Shown here in pieces: positions 19,439 through 30,300 of a stretch of DNA of 64,000 nucleotides. Position numbers and translations under genes: made by a program. The stretch spans positions 124,001 through 188,000 of IMG/VR virus record IMGVR_UViG_3300028536_000014; one strand, written 5' to 3'. The notes beneath the pieces were generated by a model that ran no database searches, was not told where the DNA came from, and was given only the letters and a program-made list of their open reading frames with translations. Every line of letters begins with the position of its first letter. The first letter of the stretch is position 1.

Positions 19439-19897
19439 TTAACCGACTTCAGTGATATGGCGTAAAAAGCTTTTCCAATAACACTCCATGTTTCTCTTCC
19501 CAACTGGATTTTGAGTATGAAAATACAATTGTGGTTCTTTTAATAGCGGGTTATCCAACCAACCATTACAGAGTTTCTTTAAGAGATCATAACCGGTTTG
19601 GTTCGTTTGTTTTCCCAAATCATGATCAAAGGAGTAAACGTCAAATGTTTTACGATTGGTTTGATGAATAAAATCATCAGGTGTTCTTACCGTAGTCCAT
19701 TTAATTTTTCCACGATAACGACACCAAGTTACATCTATCCAATTCCTTTCATCATCTAGAAAGAGACCTTCAAGTATTTTGTCATCTCTCCTGTTCTTCT
19801 TTAAGATTACAATCCAATAATAAATAATAAGGATTACAGGAAATAAGACGTAGAAAATATTGAATAATAGTGATTCTAAGTTATTGTTACTATTCAT
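19439..19897 (-). CDS. membrane-anchored cyclic-phosphate-processing receiver-like (cREC) protein
   Basis: N-terminal TM; LFLDDER, SFDHDLG, TGYD and HTQNPVG motifs. Confidence 0.75.
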   Translation of the reverse strand: MNSNNNLESLLFNIFYVLFPVILIIYYWIVILKKNRRDDKILEGLFLDDERNWIDVTWCRYRGKIKWTTVRTPDDFIHQTNRKTFDVYSFDHDLGKQTNQTGYDLLKKLCNGWLDNPLLKEPQLYFHTQNPVGKRNMECYWKSFLRHITEVG

Positions 19898-19934
19898 TGC
19901 TGTTTTCCTTTAACGGTGTATATGACATATATGT

Positions 19935-20183
19935 TTAATGACGTAATGATTTTATTTTTTCTCTTAATGTTGTTAATTCTTTATTAGCAGACGTTAACTC
20001 ATTTCGTATAGATCTTAAACGATTATTTATAGAAATAGTCGTAAAAATTATCATCCCTATATAAATGACGGTAATACTAAAAATGATAACAATTGTGCAT
20101 GTTAAATAATCGATGTTAGTAAAATCAATATTATTCACGGTACATTCTCCTTTAAGAATCTTTCTTTGGTGTTTTTCGATCAT
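19935..20183 (-). CDS. small protein with one TM helix and a coiled coil
   Basis: Hydrophobic segment then heptad-like tail; true start may be the internal GTG after AAAGGAG. Confidence 0.55.
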   Translation of the reverse strand: MIEKHQRKILKGECTVNNIDFTNIDYLTCTIVIIFSITVIYIGMIIFTTISINNRLRSIRNELTSANKELTTLREKIKSLRH

Positions 20184-20607
20184 TTAATTCATCCTCAAAT
20201 TCATACCACATAGCTGACATTTTAGCAACCATTGTGTTATCTTGAGAATGAAATCTTACGATAGGAAGATCTGTTATTTTATCTTCTTCCAATGAACCTA
20301 TGAATTCTGCTAAGAGAACCTGGCCAGTAATACTACCAGCACTGAGATAATAATCAAAGGAATAGATGTCAAACTTCTTTTCCTTGATAATAGCCATGAA
20401 TTCTTTTGGCGTTCTAACAATCGTCCACTTAACGTTATCGGGATAATGTACGCCATGGACATCTTGAGGATTTCGTTCGTCATCGAGAAAGAGACCAGAT
20501 AATATCTTCTCATCGAAATCATGTATGACTCGTGTTCGTCTTGATTGGTATATTGGTAAGTCTTTCTTTTTCTTATTGATAACTTTACCAAATCTTACTT
20601 CATACAT
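20152..20607 (-). CDS. second, divergent receiver-like (cREC) paralogue
   Basis: KILSGLFLDDERNP, KWTIVRTP, YSFDYYL, FHSQD. Confidence 0.7.
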   Translation of the reverse strand: MYEVRFGKVINKKKKDLPIYQSRRTRVIHDFDEKILSGLFLDDERNPQDVHGVHYPDNVKWTIVRTPKEFMAIIKEKKFDIYSFDYYLSAGSITGQVLLAEFIGSLEEDKITDLPIVRFHSQDNTMVAKMSAMWYEFEDELNDRKTPKKDS

Positions 20608-20619
20608 GTTGTTTATCTC

Positions 20620-20844
20620 TCATTGACAAACAGTAATTGGAGAAAAGAGATTGATGATGTGTCCAACCGTCAGATACCAATCGTACGGTGGGAACACAAT
20701 TGCAAACAACGTCATCCAGAAACCATATGTCGTTACTACACCATTAATCCAAGATAATAATAACACCAAAGCTAAGGTGTATCCTAATACTAAATTGATG
20801 ATATATCCGGTATCGGTTTTAAACTCACGTTTGAATGTATCCAT
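20620..20844 (-). CDS. small membrane protein
   Basis: ATG 20844 with CAGGAG SD; hydrophobic, WINGVV...FPPY motif. Confidence 0.65.
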   Translation of the reverse strand: MDTFKREFKTDTGYIINLVLGYTLALVLLLSWINGVVTTYGFWMTLFAIVFPPYDWYLTVGHIINLFSPITVCQ

Positions 20845-20863
20845 TATTTTCTCCTGTTTGAAG

Positions 20864-20893
20864 ATCACTGACTCCTTTTAGAGAGTCAGTGAT
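20864..20893. terminator. intergenic hairpin
   Basis: 11-bp stem ATCACTGACTC. Confidence 0.6.
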
Positions 20894-20911
20894 AGAGTTG
20901 ACAGTGTTGGA

Positions 20912-21430
20912 CTACTTCTTTTTCTTCAACACCTCAGCTGCCAGTTCGGCAACTGCATTGCGAACAACCTTCAACTGACCTGTTGTGTGTTCGCCTTTGA
21001 TATCGACCTCGCTGGAAAGAACACCGTCTTTTTCGGATGTTCTGCGATCTGCGCCGCTGCCATAGCTATATTCACGATGACGTTCGACAGAATGACGTGT
21101 AATATCGGATTTGCCCATACGCAATTCTGCAGTGACAACATCGAGCTTCTTATTGTCACGCAAAGTATTGATGGCAATGGTGCCGACGGCTAACGCAGAT
21201 GCTGCGACGAAACGCTGACGATAATCAGTGATCGCATCATCGATTTCCGGTGTAACTTCAGGCGGAAGATTTTCACGATAGTTATCCCTAATTTCAGAGA
21301 TGACACCATCGGATTTACTGACATCGAGACCACCCACGATGATTTCACTCAACGTCTTGATTTCGGGTTTGATCTTGCTGGCTGCTGAGACAGCCACAAC
21401 GGGCTTTTCTGCTTCTGCGACTTTTGACAC
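20912..21430 (-). CDS. conserved jumbo-phage hypothetical protein, probably highly expressed
   Basis: GTG start with AAGGAG SD; own promoter motif; GC-richer codons. Confidence 0.75.
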   Translation of the reverse strand: MSKVAEAEKPVVAVSAASKIKPEIKTLSEIIVGGLDVSKSDGVISEIRDNYRENLPPEVTPEIDDAITDYRQRFVAASALAVGTIAINTLRDNKKLDVVTAELRMGKSDITRHSVERHREYSYGSGADRRTSEKDGVLSSEVDIKGEHTTGQLKVVRNAVAELAAEVLKKKK

Positions 21431-21503
21431 TGTGAACTCCTTATAACGTTATAACGAATGTAAGAAACCCAGAAGACTACCTTGGCCAAGATTTCCTGGC
21501 TTC

Positions 21504-21532
21504 CTCACATAGAGTATATCTGTTTAAATAAA
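21504..21532 (-). promoter_or_regulatory. putative phage promoter
   Basis: TTTAAACAGATATACTCTATGTGAG. Confidence 0.65.
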
Positions 21533-21544
21533 GTTTAGAAAGGG

Positions 21545-23671
21545 TTAATATCCTTGTTGACTAAGATTTAAGTCTTGTTTCGCAAAGAAACCAATTGATT
21601 CTAACACAAGCCTATGGGCTTTAAGATGGTCGATTACTAGACTTTCAACGTCAATAATTGCTTCTATTTCCTTAGGAATACCATAACCAAATACATGGTC
21701 TTGTGAAACATAAATGGTATTCATATCCTTACGTTGTGTTCGTTCAAAATATTGAATTAATCGACTACGAAGTTCTTCATCTTGAATTTGATTAAACCAT
21801 ATCGATAAAACACGTTTTGATGAAAGTGTTGTTGGGAATTTAACAGTGGTGTAAGTTGGATTTGGTGCCATTCCATATTTTGGTCCAAACACTTCATTCC
21901 AGAAAAGATGATTACGATAATTACTTTGTTCTGGGCCACCACTATAAGCATCGGCTGGTTTGATATTTAAACGACCTAAATAAGTTGTATCACCAGCTAA
22001 CACAGATAATTTAATCCGTCGCTCAAGATTTGCAACATGTTCAACCCAATGTGAAAGACTAATCTTTTCACCTCTCAATGGCGTACTCAAGATTTCTTCC
22101 ATCATCACCTTCACATCGTCTGTAATGATCTTAGGAGATGCAGAACTTTTGAGATGAACACCTTTAATTTCAGTTTCCATTTTCTTATAAACAGAACCTT
22201 CTTTGATATTCACGTAAGTAAAATAATGCTTACCTGCAGAAGTCAATGCGAAGATACTGAACACGAATTCCGGCTTCATAGCAGCCATGAAAAGTTTCTT
22301 GCGATCAACATTTAAATTTGCTGAATAGATCGCAAGATTATGAGCGATACATTGTGTTGCCATAAACATAACTGCACCGGCAACTGCAAAGGCATCTTCA
22401 GTAAAACGGATATCACCAAAATACCATTGTACCCACTCATCACAACTGAACATTGTACTATCAGTATCAGACAACACTACAGTACGACGGATACTATCAC
22501 GTATGTAGGCAACTGAACAAGGAAGATTTGATGTTAAAAAGAATGTTTTCACAAACTCTTCATATTCAATAATTGTTGCTGTAATGTTAGAACATGTAGC
22601 AGCAACCGTATTAACTTTCTCTGGAGTTAAGAGAGAATAATCTTTTCCAATACCTTTGACTTCTTCTAAACATATTTGATGTGCATAATTAACGTACATC
22701 TCGTCTGTTGCTTTAATTGTTTTAACCGGATCTTCAAAAACTTGATCGGTAATCTTCTGACTTAGTTTTGTGATGAACTGATGAATAACATCTTGATTAA
22801 GTCGACGAAGTTGATAAAGGTCACCTGTATAAACAATTGTTGCTCGTTCTTCATCTGTTAACTTTTCAATAAAATCTCTAATTTTCTGAAGTTGTTTTTG
22901 ATCAACCCAATACAAGCTTGTTGAGAACTCAATGCAATCCATCGTTTCTTCAACCGTTGGAATTTTCAAATGAAATTGTTTTATTGCATTATTGATCTGT
23001 GTTGTATCAACTGTTTGAGCTAATACCACGATGTTATTCAATGTAATTTCTGGATTACGATAATGACGGTTTCCAGAAATTAGTCGTTCATTACTTGCAT
23101 TTCCGATTGATGTCATCGTTCGAGTTGTTGAAGTTAATGAACTATGTGCTGTTGGATTCCTGATAACAGAACCTCCAGAACTGTAAGCACCAGACATGGC
23201 ATTATTAGACAACTTCTTATTTTCTTGTTGTCCGTTAAAATGCATGAATTTATCGTTGTCACCTAATGCTTTCCATTTCGCTGCTTCTTTTCTCGAAATA
23301 TTACGTATCTTTACATTCTCATCTGTAAATTCAGAATGTAGAGAAAGTCGTTCTTTACTATTGACATAACACGTCAGACTCGGTGCCATCGTCAAGTTTT
23401 CAGTATTAATGGTTTTTAAGAAATAACTTAATGAACGAACAGTCAATTCACGATCTTCATAATTATGACGTTCATAGAACTGAACAGTTGGATCTCGAAT
23501 ATCAGGAAAAGATTTTGTTTTCATCTTCTCCATGATTTTACTTTTAGCCTCTTCAATCGTTATTCCTTTCATTTTTGATAAATAAAAGGAAGACTGTTCA
23601 ACATATTGCTTAAGAGGATTTAAGTCTCTTTGATAAAAAGATTCGTCATGAAGAAACGCATTCTTACTCAT
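21545..23671 (-). CDS. divergent family-B DNA polymerase, polymerase subunit (phiKZ gp50-like)
   Basis: KxxNNAMSG (motif B), SDTDST (motif C), KHY, EIKGVHL; no exonuclease domain visible. Confidence 0.85.
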   Translation of the reverse strand: MSKNAFLHDESFYQRDLNPLKQYVEQSSFYLSKMKGITIEEAKSKIMEKMKTKSFPDIRDPTVQFYERHNYEDRELTVRSLSYFLKTINTENLTMAPSLTCYVNSKERLSLHSEFTDENVKIRNISRKEAAKWKALGDNDKFMHFNGQQENKKLSNNAMSGAYSSGGSVIRNPTAHSSLTSTTRTMTSIGNASNERLISGNRHYRNPEITLNNIVVLAQTVDTTQINNAIKQFHLKIPTVEETMDCIEFSTSLYWVDQKQLQKIRDFIEKLTDEERATIVYTGDLYQLRRLNQDVIHQFITKLSQKITDQVFEDPVKTIKATDEMYVNYAHQICLEEVKGIGKDYSLLTPEKVNTVAATCSNITATIIEYEEFVKTFFLTSNLPCSVAYIRDSIRRTVVLSDTDSTMFSCDEWVQWYFGDIRFTEDAFAVAGAVMFMATQCIAHNLAIYSANLNVDRKKLFMAAMKPEFVFSIFALTSAGKHYFTYVNIKEGSVYKKMETEIKGVHLKSSASPKIITDDVKVMMEEILSTPLRGEKISLSHWVEHVANLERRIKLSVLAGDTTYLGRLNIKPADAYSGGPEQSNYRNHLFWNEVFGPKYGMAPNPTYTTVKFPTTLSSKRVLSIWFNQIQDEELRSRLIQYFERTQRKDMNTIYVSQDHVFGYGIPKEIEAIIDVESLVIDHLKAHRLVLESIGFFAKQDLNLSQQGY

Positions 23672-23674
23672 TGG

Positions 23675-24178
23675 TTACAAATTTGTCCAACGATTACTTG
23701 GATTGTTTAACCATTCTTGCGCCATAGGAACAAGATAAGGAACATTCCAAACGAGATCATCCATGTGTTTAATTCGATGACGTCTAACACTACTCACAGC
23801 TGTTGGAATAATATAATCACCATCGTTCGTTTTTAATCGTTGAATCGCTTTATGATAAGCTTCAGGTTCGTTAGTAACAAAATAGTGAACCTCAACTCCA
23901 TCTTGATAGATTTCTTTTCTGAAACATTGAAGATATTGACGATCAAGTTTTATATCAAATTCTTCTATAACTTCACGAATAGCAGTATTGTAGTAGGTTT
24001 CTTCTGGATGCAAATTGTCTTCATCAATTTCCTCTACTTTACCACCAGCTCCGTTCAGTTTATTTTTCTGACCATTTGGATTGCTCGGTGTTGGACCTTT
24101 ACCTTTCTGCACTAATATAACACTTGTATGCGGTTTACTAAACATAAACACACAAGCAAATCTCTTCTGGATTGTCAT
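23675..24178 (-). CDS. Nudix hydrolase
   Basis: GGKVE...REVIEEFDI Nudix box; start reassigned to ATG 24178 (GAGG SD) because the track's extension crosses a promoter motif and a hairpin. Confidence 0.8.
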   Translation of the reverse strand: MTIQKRFACVFMFSKPHTSVILVQKGKGPTPSNPNGQKNKLNGAGGKVEEIDEDNLHPEETYYNTAIREVIEEFDIKLDRQYLQCFRKEIYQDGVEVHYFVTNEPEAYHKAIQRLKTNDGDYIIPTAVSSVRRHRIKHMDDLVWNVPYLVPMAQEWLNNPSNRWTNL

Positions 24179-24209
24179 ATCGAACCTCATTCCTAAGCAA
24201 GTAATAACG

Positions 24210-24236
24210 AGTAAAGTATATATATTTATAGAATAA
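24210..24236 (-). promoter_or_regulatory. putative phage promoter
   Basis: ATATATACTTTAC upstream of the Nudix and DNA polymerase genes. Confidence 0.45.
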
Positions 24237-24243
24237 TACAAAT

Positions 24244-24282
24244 AAAGATAGGTACTCTGCATTTAGCAGAGTACCTATCTTT
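24244..24282. terminator. long hairpin
   Basis: 17-bp perfect stem AAAGATAGGTACTCTGC, loop ATTTA. Confidence 0.75.
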
Positions 24283-24292
24283 TTAATAAAAA

Positions 24293-25417
24293 CTAATCGG
24301 TTTTGGTTTCATTCACTGTAGTACTTGTACCAGTACTAGGCGTCACTACAACGCCGCTGGTAGACGTATCTGTTACTGGAGTACTAACGGGTGTCTCACT
24401 TGTTGCAGTAGCATCTGTGCTAGCTGCAGGAGCTTGAGTTGACATATCAGACGTCACAGTTTCTGTTGTACTTGACGTGGTGTCTGTAGACGTCGTTGTA
24501 GTCGTATCAGCTGTTGTCGAAGAAGAAGTAGAAGCGTCTGTTACAACAGAAGATTTCACTGCAGTGGTAACTGCAACAGATGAATCAGTTTCAGCAACAG
24601 CAGGTAATACTGTAGCACCAGAAACACCCTTCGGATATAGATAGATAAAAGGAGTAACATCCAGATCCACTGTGCGAGCCACAGTGTAACTTGTACCAGC
24701 GATTGATTTCTCAATCAACTCACTTAAAGTTGGAGGAATACCACCAAAATTAGTTACTGTTGTTTGAAGATCCGTATAAGCAGCTTCCATTGTTACATCT
24801 TCTGCTAATGCAGCAGAAAGATTGAAAGTCATCATACCGGATTCTGTCCAGCGATCCTTACCTGTACGACGATTTGCAACGATGGCATCACCAACCAATT
24901 TGGTCAGTTCAGTAACCAACGTATTAGTTTTCGTATTGATAACTTGACGATTGGTAACCGTTGTTAGATATTTAGTACCGATCTGCAACTTGTCCTTGTC
25001 TGTTGACGTGATAATATATTTAGCAAGATCCACTTGTTCAAGTTTGTTTGCAGCTTTCGGATTATACCAATATAGACAGACAATGAATTTCGGATGTACA
25101 GTTTCGATACCAGCCAATGCTTCTGCAGAAATATTAGCGATCTTGAAATTATTCGCTACAATACCAGCGAAGAACTGATTAATTGTGCCGCCCATGAAGA
25201 GTTTCAACGGACCTTTAGCAGTCTGTGAAATAATACCATCTTCATTAAGTTGGTATTCGGTATAGTTGTAAAAACCAGAACGTGCAGTCTGTGCATAACT
25301 TCCGATATCACCACCTTGGAATTCGACGAAATAACCCGCTTTAGTATTGTCAAATGTGATCTTACCTGTTGAGGCCAGATTACCGTTGATCAAATTATCG
25401 ATGATTTTGCTGGTCAC
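24293..25417 (-). CDS. hypothetical protein with a ~100-aa Thr/Ser-rich low-complexity tail
   Basis: GTG start with AGGAG SD; C-terminus ...STSSSTTADTTTTTSTDTTSSTTET... Confidence 0.8.
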   Translation of the reverse strand: MTSKIIDNLINGNLASTGKITFDNTKAGYFVEFQGGDIGSYAQTARSGFYNYTEYQLNEDGIISQTAKGPLKLFMGGTINQFFAGIVANNFKIANISAEALAGIETVHPKFIVCLYWYNPKAANKLEQVDLAKYIITSTDKDKLQIGTKYLTTVTNRQVINTKTNTLVTELTKLVGDAIVANRRTGKDRWTESGMMTFNLSAALAEDVTMEAAYTDLQTTVTNFGGIPPTLSELIEKSIAGTSYTVARTVDLDVTPFIYLYPKGVSGATVLPAVAETDSSVAVTTAVKSSVVTDASTSSSTTADTTTTTSTDTTSSTTETVTSDMSTQAPAASTDATATSETPVSTPVTDTSTSGVVVTPSTGTSTTVNETKTD

Positions 25418-25500
25418 AATAAACTCCTAAAAGGATTTGGGATGGTTCATTAGAACCGAGCATCTCTTTGTGATATTCGGTAAGAACTCATAAGATCATA

Positions 25501-25536
25501 GATAGCGACTATCCAGGTAACTGGATAGTCGCTATC
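25501..25536. terminator. long hairpin
   Basis: 16-bp perfect stem GATAGCGACTATCCAG, loop GTAA. Confidence 0.7.
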
Positions 25537-25657
25537 GTTTTGTGTAAGCAACAATACAAGTGTTGAGGGTCGTAACTCCTATAATGCGGTTTCCGTTCGG
25601 ATGCTGAATTCGCCCATATTACCTGCATTGCTCCAAACTATATAGATGTAAAGTAAA

Positions 25658-27352
25658 TTAATAATTTACATCACTTTTAAGTGGAATATCTAGATAACCG
25701 ACTTGAGCTTCTTTACCAAGATCGCATTTGTTCTTAGGATAAGCTAAAGTACCGATAATCATTGTATTAAGACGACCTTTGCTTTCATGGGTTATTTGAT
25801 GAAGCAGTTGTTGTGAGATTCCTAGTCTTTGGAAGATTCCATGAATACTCCATCCGACTTGAGAATTCTTTAACCCAGGTTCTTTTCCTAAGAGCCCACG
25901 ATAAATTGCGTTAAATTCTAGTTCAGTTAAAGGTTTGGTTCTATTTAATTTAACCATCTCAGGGTTTTCACGGAAAGCTCGATTAATAGCTTTCACGACT
26001 TTGTAAATAACTTTTGGATATTTTCGTAATCTTGCTATTGCATCTTGAGTAATAAAATCAATATCCGTTACAACTGAGAAGCGAATGTGATATTGATTAC
26101 GAAGCGTCATCATAGCTGTTGATGAAATATTTAAACTACTATCTACAGTAATATGACTATAATTTTGTATGATATTGTTTTGATATAAATCCACATGAAA
26201 AATGGATTTATATGGTTGATTAAGATAAGGGTATTCTGATTCGATAAGGAATTGAAGAACATCATCATCTAGTACGACATCTCCCAATTCTTGGAGAGAA
26301 AGAATACTTGATTGATCAGTTTCAGTAATTTGTCCTAGTGCTTGAATAATACCTGCTGTAAAACGCATATAGCTTGCAGGTTTAAAATCATCGAATATTG
26401 GAATTTTAATAACTCCATCTTCTGCTTTGATGCGATCCATATCGGTATCAGCTCTGAAGATTCTTAAAGCGCGCTGAGTTCTACTTGAATCAACTGTTGA
26501 TCTTGCAATAGCGCGTGTCTCATCAGACGTAAAGCTGACAAATTCAAGAGGCATCTCTTGATTATGAACCATGATTGGATATCGAAGATGTGATCCAATT
26601 GGTTTATCATAATTAAAACGATATGTAAATCCAATTGACCACATTCCACCTTCTTTCTCTTTGACAGGTTTTGTTGGAAGACCTTCAAACTCATAAATAC
26701 CATAGATTTCAGTTTGAGTTTCAGCAACTGCAAAAACAGAATCTTGACCTACAATATCACCCACAACTGTTAAACGAGGAGTGGTGTGAGTTTTAATATA
26801 TTGATCAAATGTCTGACCATAAGGTGCTTGTGTTTCCCGTAAGGTATAGACTTGTTTGATAATGTCATAAAATTTCTTATGTAGATTATAGTGATATTGA
26901 ACAGTATGTACATTGATATCACGAAGACGTGCAACATTCATTCGAATCTCTTGAAGCCAGCGAGTGGCTTCTGTTTGACTCGGACAACTATAATTAAAAG
27001 TGACTGTCACGTTATGTTTAGCATAAACAGGTGATAGTATAAGTCCTAAAAGACGATCTTCTAAGATTGGAGTATATTCATTTCCATTGAAGAATGTTGG
27101 AGATATTTCTTCTCTATCGATTTCTTCCTCAACGGTAATTTCGTTCATTCGTTTACTGGTTGTGGCAACATAACGATCATCTTTACTATCAATCGTTCCA
27201 CTAGACGTTGCAACTTTCTTATCATCATCAGGAAAGTAGATGATCGCATCCTTCATCTTAGTGATGTCTTGGACTTGTTTCACGACCGCTATTACAACCG
27301 GACGAAAAATACTTTGTTGCGTTTCGGGCAATGCGGTATGTATATTCGGCAT
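25658..27352 (-). CDS. virion structural protein (phiKZ gp26-like)
   Basis: 564 aa; LPETQQSIFRPV, YDKP..YPIMVHNQ, IP.FDDF and LRNQYHIR motifs. Confidence 0.65.
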   Translation of the reverse strand: MPNIHTALPETQQSIFRPVVIAVVKQVQDITKMKDAIIYFPDDDKKVATSSGTIDSKDDRYVATTSKRMNEITVEEEIDREEISPTFFNGNEYTPILEDRLLGLILSPVYAKHNVTVTFNYSCPSQTEATRWLQEIRMNVARLRDINVHTVQYHYNLHKKFYDIIKQVYTLRETQAPYGQTFDQYIKTHTTPRLTVVGDIVGQDSVFAVAETQTEIYGIYEFEGLPTKPVKEKEGGMWSIGFTYRFNYDKPIGSHLRYPIMVHNQEMPLEFVSFTSDETRAIARSTVDSSRTQRALRIFRADTDMDRIKAEDGVIKIPIFDDFKPASYMRFTAGIIQALGQITETDQSSILSLQELGDVVLDDDVLQFLIESEYPYLNQPYKSIFHVDLYQNNIIQNYSHITVDSSLNISSTAMMTLRNQYHIRFSVVTDIDFITQDAIARLRKYPKVIYKVVKAINRAFRENPEMVKLNRTKPLTELEFNAIYRGLLGKEPGLKNSQVGWSIHGIFQRLGISQQLLHQITHESKGRLNTMIIGTLAYPKNKCDLGKEAQVGYLDIPLKSDVNY

Positions 27353-27399
27353 GGTTTAGTTATCTCGTTGGTACCACAGAATCCCTCTTAGGAGTTAAG

Positions 27400-30300
27400 A
27401 TGCCTTCGCTTGTTGTTCCTCAAATCGAGTTGGATCGCCTGATTCAGTTAATATTGGATCATTACAAATTTCAATACGGAATCACCGTAACAGCCGACAC
27501 GATTACTGCTTCATTCATTCAACCTCGTGTCGGTTGGATAACAGGTTTTGAAATCGTCAGTAATAGTGATTCAGATAATTTTAGTTGTCGTTTTTATATT
27601 AACTATACTTCTGATTATAAATCAAATCTAGATCCTTTTCAGATTGAAGAAATCATTAACACATCTTATACATCCGGATTAGCGAATAATCGATATGTTT
27701 GCTATGCAGTTCTTCCCAGGACTCAGTTTCCAACACTATCTAAATATGTTTTTGTACCCGTAGACGACGGGGGTGGTGGAAGTCCAAGTACTTATACTGT
27801 AGGATTTCTACAAACAACCGGTAGTGTTGTTTCTGGTCAATCTCTTGACATCAATATTGGAATTGATAGCGCACCTTCTGCAATTGTTACAGCTCACTAC
27901 GCTTCTGCTAACGGAACCGCTGTAGCATCAGTAGACTATGTCGCTCTTGATGGAACTACAACGTGGGATGTTAATGATGGCGTTCAGAAAACAATTACAC
28001 TTTATACTGGTGAACCCTATTATTATCATTGGGTAGCCGGATATGATACATCGCAATTCACACTTGTTGACAGTGCCGATGGTCTTATTTATAATGCGAC
28101 GAATAACGATACCCAAAATACTTACTATCCAAGTATTCGCACTTTCAATCTCGCACTACCATCAGTAGATCAAAACTATTATCACGAGTTCTTATTTGGG
28201 CCTAATGGATTCCAACAGCATATAACTATTGAAATCGATATCAATACGGTCGATGGTAGCGGAAATACGAGTAGCTCATTTTACGCAGCGTATTTACAAT
28301 ACAATACAGGCACTAATGTATTTGATGCTCAAATCTATTCTACTTTTAATGGTCAAAATTTAACACCACCAAATCCAATTACGATGCCAGTTACCATTGG
28401 GTTCGAAATAAATCATGATTCGGCAATTAAGTTCTTTATTAATGATACTTGGTATAATGTCGATGACTTCAGTTTCAATTCTGATGCTTCTCAGATCGCT
28501 TTCTCTGATATGAGTTATCTATCTGGTTTGACAATTACGAGTGTTAATTTATTGATTACTTTTGATCTAACAACGAACGGTGGTGGATCAAATATCTTTG
28601 ATATGACTGCAAAGGTATCACCAAATCAAATCCATGTACCGTCAGATGCGATTAGTCCACCAGCTGGTTATATCGGAACGTCGGGTGGTACGCTAAGTCT
28701 CACGTTGAGTAATCCTAGCAGTAATGCTACAATTGGTACTACTACAGATAACATAACGATTTTAGATGCGAATGTTTGTTATCAGAAACTTATTGTGAAT
28801 GATGATGAAACCGGATTTGATAATTCAACTGGTTCCATCATAACAGGTTATGGTGGTATTCATTATCTCTATACGAATGTGAATTGGAGTAATACTACAT
28901 CAAGTTGTGGTGTTATTGCTGATCTTCGTTTAACTGCAACAAATGATCCAACTCAACTTGGTGTTACTGATTTTAGTCAGACGCCATTAACAGCAGCAGG
29001 AATTACTAACTTCCCAGTATTTCCAAACATCATGATCGATGATGTTCGAGAAGTTACTACGTTCTCATGGCCTAATGGTAAATTTCCAGTTTCTGGAAAT
29101 TTTAGTTTTAATACAACCGATAATGATCTTCCTTATAATCTTACCCTTAATTCAGATGGTAGTTATGAGGTAAAATTCAGATTCAGATCTTTCCCAATCT
29201 CTGGTCAAAGTAACTTGATGTATAAGTTAATGGATTATAATAATACAGATACGAAGGGTTCACTTCCTAAACTTAATAAACCCAGTCTATTAATCCAGTC
29301 TTATGACGGAACTAGTGCATACATCTTGATTTATTCAAACGATGTTTTATATGATCATACCGGTTCTGTAATTAACCAAGGTTATACTTTCACATATACA
29401 CTAGACGGCTCTGATCCTAATAGTGGTGGGTCAACCATTTCTTCAGGTAGTCAATTCCAGACTGCAGCTACTCCTGGAACGATTGTAAAATTTAAAGCAT
29501 CAGCTACAGGGTTCACTGATAGTGACGTATCAACCTGTACTTTGAACTACTTTACTCGTGATCTTACTTTCCCTTATTTGACAAATAGTATTTCTGGGAA
29601 TACAAATAACATTTTCTATTTCAATGCAGATGGACCATTTACTGGGTATGAAAGTATTCTGATTACACTTACTGATCAGAATTCTAGTCCTGGATCTGAC
29701 ACAATGGTATATTCTTTTGATGGAGAAACATGGCATGATTATACAGCACCATTTAGTTTCCCTGTAGGATGGAAAACTCCAATTGGTAAGGCTGGTTTTC
29801 CATCCGTATTTTACTATACCAAACAAGCAAATACACATACATCGAGTATTGCAAATCTTAATATCTTTATTGAATACCCCAGTCGTAATCTAACATTTGT
29901 TCCAAATCAAAATGATACAAGTGTTAGTGTTGCCAACAAAACAGTAACACTTGTCAATACAATTCACAACAATACTGAATTAGTTCCTGTTGCATATTTC
30001 CAAACACATGCAACATGTACGGATGATTTTCGTTATATCGAAATGAAATGTACCAATCTTGTTGATCAAGATGGAATTCTTCAGATTCATTTTAATTCTG
30101 TTGGATTTGGTCAAGACGGACATGTTTATCCGACCAATTATAGTCCTGTTAGTGTTCCAGCTCTTGCTTGGACTGTGGGTGATACACTTTGTTTCTGGTA
30201 TAATTATCTTAATGGATCGTTCCAAGTAAGAGTTAATAATGGTGCTTGGCAGAACACATCACAAGAATTGTTTTACACAACGTATTCTGAATTCAATATG

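Noticed and set aside
19239-19503. Two minus-strand ORFs of 64 and 84 aa
   Set aside because: They cross two terminators and overlap the better-supported 19135-19299 gene.
25545-25635. tRNA (ends in CCA, contains GTTCG)
   Set aside because: No acceptor, D, anticodon and T arms with correct spacing; kept only as an unexplained element.
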